Of a stretch of DNA of 64,000 nucleotides, positions 58,519-64,000 are shown in pieces. Every line of letters starts with the position of its first letter. Position 1 is the first letter of the stretch. The stretch lies in contig CAVSBL010000002.1 of assembly GCA_963726255.1 (NCBI GenBank), positions 2,240,001 to 2,304,000 on the forward strand, in the 5' to 3' direction. The notes under the pieces are model-generated. The model had not been told where the DNA came from. It worked only from the letters and a program-made list of their open reading frames with translations, and searched no databases. This DNA comes from Candidatus Bathyarchaeota archaeon. GTDB lineage: Archaea > Thermoproteota > Bathyarchaeia > 40CM-2-53-6. Position numbers and translations under genes: made by a program.

Positions 58519-59337
58519 CTACGACTCGCGCCATTTTGCTTTCAATAGGGCGAGTAATAGAAATGCGAGAGTGAACGCTGGAAGTGCGAGCCAGCTCACG
58601 AGGATTTGAGAGCCACTGGGCGAGATGCCCATGACGCTTCGAATTAGGTTTGCCGCGTGAGTCGTGGGAATGAGTTCGGCAACTGGCCTCAAGGCCGCTG
58701 GTAGCGTGGTGACTGGGTAGAAGACAGGGGGTAGGATTGAGAGGACGATCGAGATGAATGAGACAGTGATGAAGGCTGATCTGGTGTTTAGCACGTAGGT
58801 GGATAGGAAGAAGCCTATCGAGCTCGACATTACCCACGTCAGGATTATGACCAGGATCATTTCAAGCAGTGCCAGTAGGCCAAACCCGACCGTCGTGTAG
58901 GCGACGATGGCTGTTATCACGAACACTGCGGGGGCGGCGAACGCCAGTTCGGATAGTGCGACTGAGAACATGTAGGTGAACGGCGAAACCGGCGAAGCAA
59001 CGACCATAGATTGGAACTTGTGATCTATCTTCAAGCCTGTGAGGTCGGCGCCCAAGAATAGCCCTTGCTGGGTTGCGGTCATTGTGATTGCGCCAGCGAG
59101 CCCATATGCGAACGCGGTCCGTTGTCCCGCTACGAAGAGTATGAAGAGAATGGTGAATGGTGTTGCGAAGACGAAGGGCAGAAGCGTGGGTATCCTGAGC
59201 ATCGGCAAGACTCCAATATAGTACGCCAAAGCACCCGCAGCCCTCAAGTTCCTTCGCAATGAATCAATTAACGAGTCATTTTTCATAAATCGAAGTTCCC
59301 TTTGCTGGTTCAACTTTGTTGTTGGCGGGAAGGTCAC
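58519..59337 (-). CDS. ABC-2 type exporter permease
   Basis: VASPVS, PPVFYP..LP, IPTTHA; multiple TM; start likely ATG 59286. Confidence 0.85.
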   Translation of the reverse strand: MTFPPTTKLNQQRELRFMKNDSLIDSLRRNLRAAGALAYYIGVLPMLRIPTLLPFVFATPFTILFILFVAGQRTAFAYGLAGAITMTATQQGLFLGADLTGLKIDHKFQSMVVASPVSPFTYMFSVALSELAFAAPAVFVITAIVAYTTVGFGLLALLEMILVIILTWVMSSSIGFFLSTYVLNTRSAFITVSFISIVLSILPPVFYPVTTLPAALRPVAELIPTTHAANLIRSVMGISPSGSQILVSWLALPAFTLAFLLLALLKAKWRES

Positions 59338-60250
59338 GATCTATCTCTGAGCCAACAAGCTCGACGAAGACGTCGTCAAGGGACACGGGGCTGATCGAGA
59401 TCGCAACTCTCCGGTTTAGCGCTTCCTTACTAATTTCCTGAGCTTTCGTTTCGTCCGTGATGATTCGGAGAAGGTTTCCCGCGCGGACAACCTTCCCATA
59501 AGCTTGGAGTTCTTCGGCAGTGAAGCCATTGCTGACGTCGACTCTAATTCTCGCATCAAGATGCTTCTCCCTGACGTCCGAGGGGCTGCCGCTCGCCAGA
59601 ACTCTTCCCCTATCGATGATCGCAAGCTCGTCTGACAGTGATTCAGCTTCGTCCATGTAGTGTGTGGTGAGAACGATCGTGCGGCCTTCATCCCTCTTGA
59701 GCCTGATCAACTCATCCCAGACTTTCCTCCGGCTCAGTGGATCCAAGCCTATTGTTGGCTCGTCAAGAAAGATGAGTTCCGCGTCACAGGCGATAGCCAT
59801 TGCGATTAGAACCCGCTGCTTCATTCCACCCGACAGGTCCTCGGAACGAGTCTTCTCGACCTCCGTCAGTTCAAGTGTCTCAATAATTCGCTTCGCCTTG
59901 TGTGCCGCTTCGGAATGGCTTACCCCTCTCATCATGAGCGCGAGGACGATGTGGTCCTTCGCGGTGAGGGTCCAAAGCGGCCGACCTTCCTGGGGTGCGA
60001 TCGCAATCCGTTTTCTTATCGCCTTAGCATCCTTCAGCACATCTAGGCCGAGGACGCTGACTGAGCCGGAGGTAGGCAACAATTGGGTCGTGGCTATGCG
60101 GAGGAAAGTTGTCTTTCCGGCCCCGTTTCTCCCAAGAAGAGTGAATATTCTGCCCTCGTTCACTGTCAAGTCTAGGCCGTCTAGTGCCGGGATTTCGCTT
60201 TTCCCGTAGTACTTGACAAGCTTGCGTACTTCGATAATCGAGGAGGGCAA
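59276..60250 (-). CDS. ABC exporter ATP-binding protein (DrrA-like)
   Basis: GRNGAGKT, LSGGMKQR, LDEPTIGLDP, TTHYMDEAE. Confidence 0.95.
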   Translation of the reverse strand: MPSSIIEVRKLVKYYGKSEIPALDGLDLTVNEGRIFTLLGRNGAGKTTFLRIATTQLLPTSGSVSVLGLDVLKDAKAIRKRIAIAPQEGRPLWTLTAKDHIVLALMMRGVSHSEAAHKAKRIIETLELTEVEKTRSEDLSGGMKQRVLIAMAIACDAELIFLDEPTIGLDPLSRRKVWDELIRLKRDEGRTIVLTTHYMDEAESLSDELAIIDRGRVLASGSPSDVREKHLDARIRVDVSNGFTAEELQAYGKVVRAGNLLRIITDETKAQEISKEALNRRVAISISPVSLDDVFVELVGSEIDRDLPANNKVEPAKGTSIYEK

Positions 60251-60393
60251 TGATGATTCACGCTTGGTTCCGACTCGAAAACACGCATGGTTCTATTGAA
60301 GATTGAGTCGGAGGTCTGCATTGACTTTCCTTGCTCTCACACTGTGCGGAAGCGAATTATGTGGCCTCAAAGTAGCCTTGTTTCCGTGTTCAA

Positions 60394-61044
60394 ATGGGCG
60401 ACGAGAAGTTCGAAATCGACCTCGGGAATCTTCTCTCAAGGCTCCTCCCCGACGAGAAAGACTCGGCTTTCAAGAAGTTGGACGCTGTCAAAGCGAAGCT
60501 TGTGGAGATGCACGACCGGAATCTAGTGAAGATCAATCATTCGGCTATGGAGGTTATCTGTGCTAAGGATTTGATTTTGAGGGGCTATGAGGTCGATGTT
60601 GAGCACGGCTTAGAAGAAGCGCTTGTCTGCGACCTGCTGGGAACCAAGGGCGGCGGAAGGGCCATAATTGAAATCGAGACGGGTTTCGTCCCCCCAGAGC
60701 ACGCATTGGATCCCACAGCCTTTTGCTCAGCTAGAATTGCCAGCAAGATAGCTCGGTACAGTAGATTCGCGGACAAATTCAGCTTAGCTTCACCCCTCTA
60801 CCAAGTCCTGCCAATTCCTTCACTCTTCCTGAAACCGCCGCGAGTGAGAGAGCAAGCGGAGCTGTTGGAAATGAAGACGCTGTGCGATCGCTACTACGAT
60901 AATCCACCCATAGTCCTGAAGGCGATAGCTACCGGTAGACTTCACTCGCTCTTCTTCATTGATGTGGACAGCGGGACACTGAGAGAGGTGGACCCTGAAA
61001 CTTATTCTGAGTCACTGAGTACGTGGGATAAGTTGAGAAGGTAA
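60394..61044 (+). CDS. Conserved archaeal protein with PD-(D/E)XK-like fold
   Basis: VKINHSAME, VEH..LVCDL...IIEIETGFVPPEHALDP, SKIARYS. Confidence 0.7.
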   Translation: MGDEKFEIDLGNLLSRLLPDEKDSAFKKLDAVKAKLVEMHDRNLVKINHSAMEVICAKDLILRGYEVDVEHGLEEALVCDLLGTKGGGRAIIEIETGFVPPEHALDPTAFCSARIASKIARYSRFADKFSLASPLYQVLPIPSLFLKPPRVREQAELLEMKTLCDRYYDNPPIVLKAIATGRLHSLFFIDVDSGTLREVDPETYSESLSTWDKLRR

Positions 61045-61045
61045 T

Positions 61046-61274
61046 TGCTGCCCAACTTTCGAGGCAGATGTGGCTTTCCCTTCGCGAGGGACTTTCGACC
61101 TTTCCCTCATCCAACGCCTTGGTTTTCCCTCACTCGGGCATCACGGAGTTTCTGCGGTTTCCCGCTAGCGTCGTAGCGCTACGCCCGAGCGCTCATCGAT
61201 CCACATAACGACCCAAGGCAAACCCTGGGACGGAAGCCGACCGACGAATCTACCCCTGTCTCGGTTGAGCAGCA
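61046..61274 (-). ncRNA. Candidate structured ncRNA of unrecognised family
   Basis: Eight fully nested helical segments spanning 229 nt, paired termini, GAAA tetraloop and A-rich loops on the minus strand, no long ORF; strand not certain. Confidence 0.5.
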
Positions 61275-61424
61275 GACTATGATTGTCGTTGCAGAGATAT
61301 GGGGATTGTGGTTGAGCCCCAAACATCAGGTGTGATTTCCAGTGGAATGGAACATAGCTGGGTCCACCGACTCGCTACCTTCAAAAAACCAAAGCATGAC
61401 GACTCAATCAGGATGAATCAACCT

Positions 61425-61664
61425 ATGTCTAGTTCAAACCCTCACCATTGCACGAAAAGTTCTCTCACGATGGAATTCTCATGAGCAAGGTTGCAATGGC
61501 TAGGCTTCAAGAGGTCTTACCTCATTGACGTTGGAAAAGTCTCCTGCAAGAAATGCGGACGAATATTTTCTATCGAAGAACACACTGTTCAGAAAGCCTT
61601 GGCGAAAAGAGCAGCTGAGTTCAAAGAAGACCTTCAGGAAATCGCGTTTGAGCGCAAAGGCTAG
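61425..61664 (+). pseudogene. Small Zn-finger-like ORF interrupted by an in-frame TGA
   Basis: MSSSNPHHCTKSSLTMEFS*ARLQWLG...SCKKCGRIF...; TGA at 61482-61484. Confidence 0.35.
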
Positions 61665-61701
61665 GGTCCGACGGGTATTTGCGGGCTGGCTCTTGGACGG
61701 G

Positions 61702-62724
61702 CTAGACGGATTCCATTAGGCTCGCGACTTTTTCTTCATCAAACACTTGATCTGAAATCTTACGTAACTTCATGGCGAGAGTCGCATCTCGGCCGTTTCC
61801 CAAAGCCCATTTCATATCTGAAGCTACAAACCCACTGTCCCTGAACATTCCTCTCGCGGCAAGTACGAATGGGCATGAGGTTAGGGGGTGGCCTTCTTCA
61901 AGGAGTAGTTTGAGGACGGGGCTGTAACGATAATTCTTGAACCGGAATCTGGCTTCTGAACGTGACAGGTCGATATTGATCTTGTCCGACAACCCTTGGT
62001 TTACATAGAATTCCGCTAGTTTGTTTAGGGATTCTTTGTGTCCTTCGGGAAGTTTCGTGTGGAATTCGTCTCGTAGAAATTCGATGATTCCGTGGCCGAT
62101 GTTATCGAGGAGGAGTTGGGCTTGTGCTCCTAGGTATTCGAAGCCACACGCTAATCCATACTCAACAGTCTCGAACGCAGGTAACCCCACTTTGGTATTC
62201 GAGTAGCCTGTTGGTGGGACTGTGCTAAGGTCTGCGTGCTCCGGTGCAGTGAGAACTGAGTCGGCAGGCGGTACATTCCTGAATCTGAGGCTGTATGTTC
62301 CATCTGGGGACAATCCTTCGGACAGAACTTGTGATCCACGGTGTTCTTCTCTCTCGATTGCTCCCCGTGCGAGGCATAGGGGGCAGGTTAAAAGGAAGCA
62401 ATTCTGGTTCCGGAGTTTCTTCATTAGGCCTATGAATCTCCAACCGTGCATCTTAACGAGGAAAGCCTCTCCGTCAGGTGAGAACTCGACTCCGCTCACG
62501 TAGCCAGTGTCCTTGAAGAAGCGGATAAGTTCGGAAATGGATTGGTATGGGTCTTGTGAGAGCTGTAGGTAATTCAGTTTCACTCCGTAGTCAATGATTC
62601 CAGTCCCGATTCTGTCGAGCATCTCTTGGCCGCGTTCGTGCCCAAGATAGTCGAAGGCTCTTGCTGCTCCGTAAATAACAGAATCCAACACGGCGAGCTG
62701 AATTGATTCCGTTTTTTCCGCCAT
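61702..62724 (-). CDS. Tandem V4R/MetOD1-like two-domain protein
   Basis: Two homologous halves (IYGAARAFDYLG..QEMLDRIGTGIIDY...LTCPL and EYGLACGFEYLG.QAQLLLDNIGHGIIEF...TSCPF). Confidence 0.65.
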   Translation of the reverse strand: MAEKTESIQLAVLDSVIYGAARAFDYLGHERGQEMLDRIGTGIIDYGVKLNYLQLSQDPYQSISELIRFFKDTGYVSGVEFSPDGEAFLVKMHGWRFIGLMKKLRNQNCFLLTCPLCLARGAIEREEHRGSQVLSEGLSPDGTYSLRFRNVPPADSVLTAPEHADLSTVPPTGYSNTKVGLPAFETVEYGLACGFEYLGAQAQLLLDNIGHGIIEFLRDEFHTKLPEGHKESLNKLAEFYVNQGLSDKINIDLSRSEARFRFKNYRYSPVLKLLLEEGHPLTSCPFVLAARGMFRDSGFVASDMKWALGNGRDATLAMKLRKISDQVFDEEKVASLMESV

Positions 62725-63290
62725 TATATTTTCACAACTTTGTCGCAGAAGGGTGCGAGTTGTGATACTACGTCCCGTTCCGCATTCATCTCAACGGTGA
62801 GAAGTGAGCCTGAAGTGTTCCACCTGCGCATCTTCTCCGTCAATAGGTGAGCAAATTTGGCGACGGATTTTGGGTCATTGTATATGAGAAGGGTTGAGAG
62901 GCTGTCCAAGACTAGGAACTTCTCTCCAGTAATCCCGTTAATGGCCTTGGAGATGCCAATGCAGAGGTTACTTAGGTCTACACCCGACCCCAAACAAGCG
63001 TGATCGTTCTCTTCCTGAATTGATGGGACGTTCGTAATCCCGTCTACAAAGAATAATGAGCTGGATGGGATTCCAGCCTTCTCGAACGACTTGGTCAGAA
63101 CGGCGAACGGTTTGTTTAGGCTGACGTAGACCCCCCGGGAAACCTTAGCTGTGAAGTAGCGTAGGAGCTGAAGAACCGCGTCCTGATACTTGATTGGGTC
63201 GATTAGCGCGAGTATTACCGGTCGCTCTAACCCGTCCAAGCTCTCGCCAATACTGACCGAAAGATCAACGGTCAACGGGAAATCTGACAA
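62724..63290 (-). CDS. Inactive KaiC/RecA-like ATPase domain protein
   Basis: GVYVSLNKP, FFVDGIT, LVLDSLSTLLIYN, CDKVVKI; no Walker A; stop overlaps the next start. Confidence 0.75.
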   Translation of the reverse strand: MSDFPLTVDLSVSIGESLDGLERPVILALIDPIKYQDAVLQLLRYFTAKVSRGVYVSLNKPFAVLTKSFEKAGIPSSSLFFVDGITNVPSIQEENDHACLGSGVDLSNLCIGISKAINGITGEKFLVLDSLSTLLIYNDPKSVAKFAHLLTEKMRRWNTSGSLLTVEMNAERDVVSQLAPFCDKVVKI

Positions 63291-63404
63291 TCATGATTTG
63301 CACGGACATAAAACCTTTCGATAACTAGCTAGAGCAGCTGTCGTGTGAATCTTAATAGTTGACCTTGCAGTTAGCGGATTGAGTATTCTGTGGATTGACG
63401 ATCA

Positions 63405-63875
63405 ATGGCTGAAGATAAGATTGGCCAGGTAATGAGTAAACCCGTCCGAACAGTCAAGCCCGACGAAAAGCTCAGTGCCGCGATGGTAATCATGGAGAAG
63501 AACAACGTCGGCAGCGTCGTTGTCGTTGAAGGCGAGAACCCTATTGGAATCATAACCGAACGCGACGTTATTCGGCAAATCCTGAAAGGAACTCAAATGA
63601 TTCAGGGAGCAGTAACACAAGTGATGTCAAAGCCTTTGATCACAGGGGGACCTGATATGCTTGTTCAGGACGCCGTGGACCTGATGCTTGAGAACAAGAT
63701 TCGTCAACTTCCCGTGGTTGAAGGAAACAAATTGGTTGGCATAGTTACGGACGGAGACTTGATGCGGTCGGTTCTCCGCGTTTCATACGAGAAGCTGAGC
63801 AAACTTAAGCTTCGGGAATTGGAAATTGAAGCGGCAAGGATAGCAGCCCAGATAGTTACATTGCTAAATCTCTAA
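63405..63875 (+). CDS. CBS domain pair protein
   Basis: VMSKPV, GSVVVV..GIITERD, IRQLPVV..GIVTDGD. Confidence 0.92.
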   Translation: MAEDKIGQVMSKPVRTVKPDEKLSAAMVIMEKNNVGSVVVVEGENPIGIITERDVIRQILKGTQMIQGAVTQVMSKPLITGGPDMLVQDAVDLMLENKIRQLPVVEGNKLVGIVTDGDLMRSVLRVSYEKLSKLKLRELEIEAARIAAQIVTLLNL

Positions 63876-63895
63876 CACTCATATTCGGAGTGTTA
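63873..63895. terminator. Hairpin between convergent genes
   Basis: TAACACTC-7nt-GAGTGTTA; the arms contain both stop codons. Confidence 0.5.
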
Positions 63896-64000
63896 TCGCC
63901 GCCGCGACAGCACGACGGCGGATACAACCGCAACAGCGGCCACTAATCCAGCAATTAGTATGAGCCCAACACCCGAATGAGGGCCGGGTGAGGATACAGT
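63893..64000 (-). CDS. C-terminal membrane anchor of a surface protein (partial)
   Basis: ...GVGLILIAGLVAAVAVVSAVVLSRRR*; frame runs off the window edge. Confidence 0.65.
   Translation of the reverse strand, partial: TVSSPGPHSGVGLILIAGLVAAVAVVSAVVLSRRR

Noticed and set aside
61217-61238. c-di-GMP-I riboswitch (GGCAAACC..GGGACG..AAGCC)
   Set aside because: It lacks the GNRA-capped stem and the second hairpin, and the segment is better explained as part of the larger nested structure.
61046-61274. RNase P RNA or SRP RNA
   Set aside because: No GAGGAAAGTCC/AACAGAA P4 strands and no SRP helix-8 (CAGG..GGAA..AGCA) motif on either strand.

Overview
Archaeal chromosomal window, most consistent with a TACK lineage such as Bathyarchaeia (inferred from Alba, uL3, GGAGGTGA ribosome-binding sites, frequent TTG/GTG starts and tRNAs with two introns each). 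1-14 kb is mostly housekeeping and includes tRNA-Thr(CGT) and tRNA-Leu(GAG). The Leu introns map to position 8/9 and inside the anticodon (34/35). A ~31.6-kb catabolic island runs from the tRNA-Leu 3' end to a 27-bp direct repeat at 45745-45771. It encodes ParB-like and TrmB proteins, AllF/G/H (FdrA/YlbE/YlbF) homologues, an LDH2-family dehydrogenase, two TPP enzymes, a CoA-transferase, a thiolase/DUF35 pair and a peptide ABC transporter. Right of the repeat are an integrase remnant and two more att-like repeats that flank pheA. The last 17 kb carries heme O synthase/cupredoxin genes, an HtpX/SPFH/Zn-ribbon cluster, several small ORFs missed by the ORF track (one protamine-like), a KaiC-like signalling pair and a ~230-nt nested-stem ncRNA candidate that I could not assign to a known family. 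No CRISPR array or rRNA was seen. All calls come from reading motifs by eye, with no database searches.
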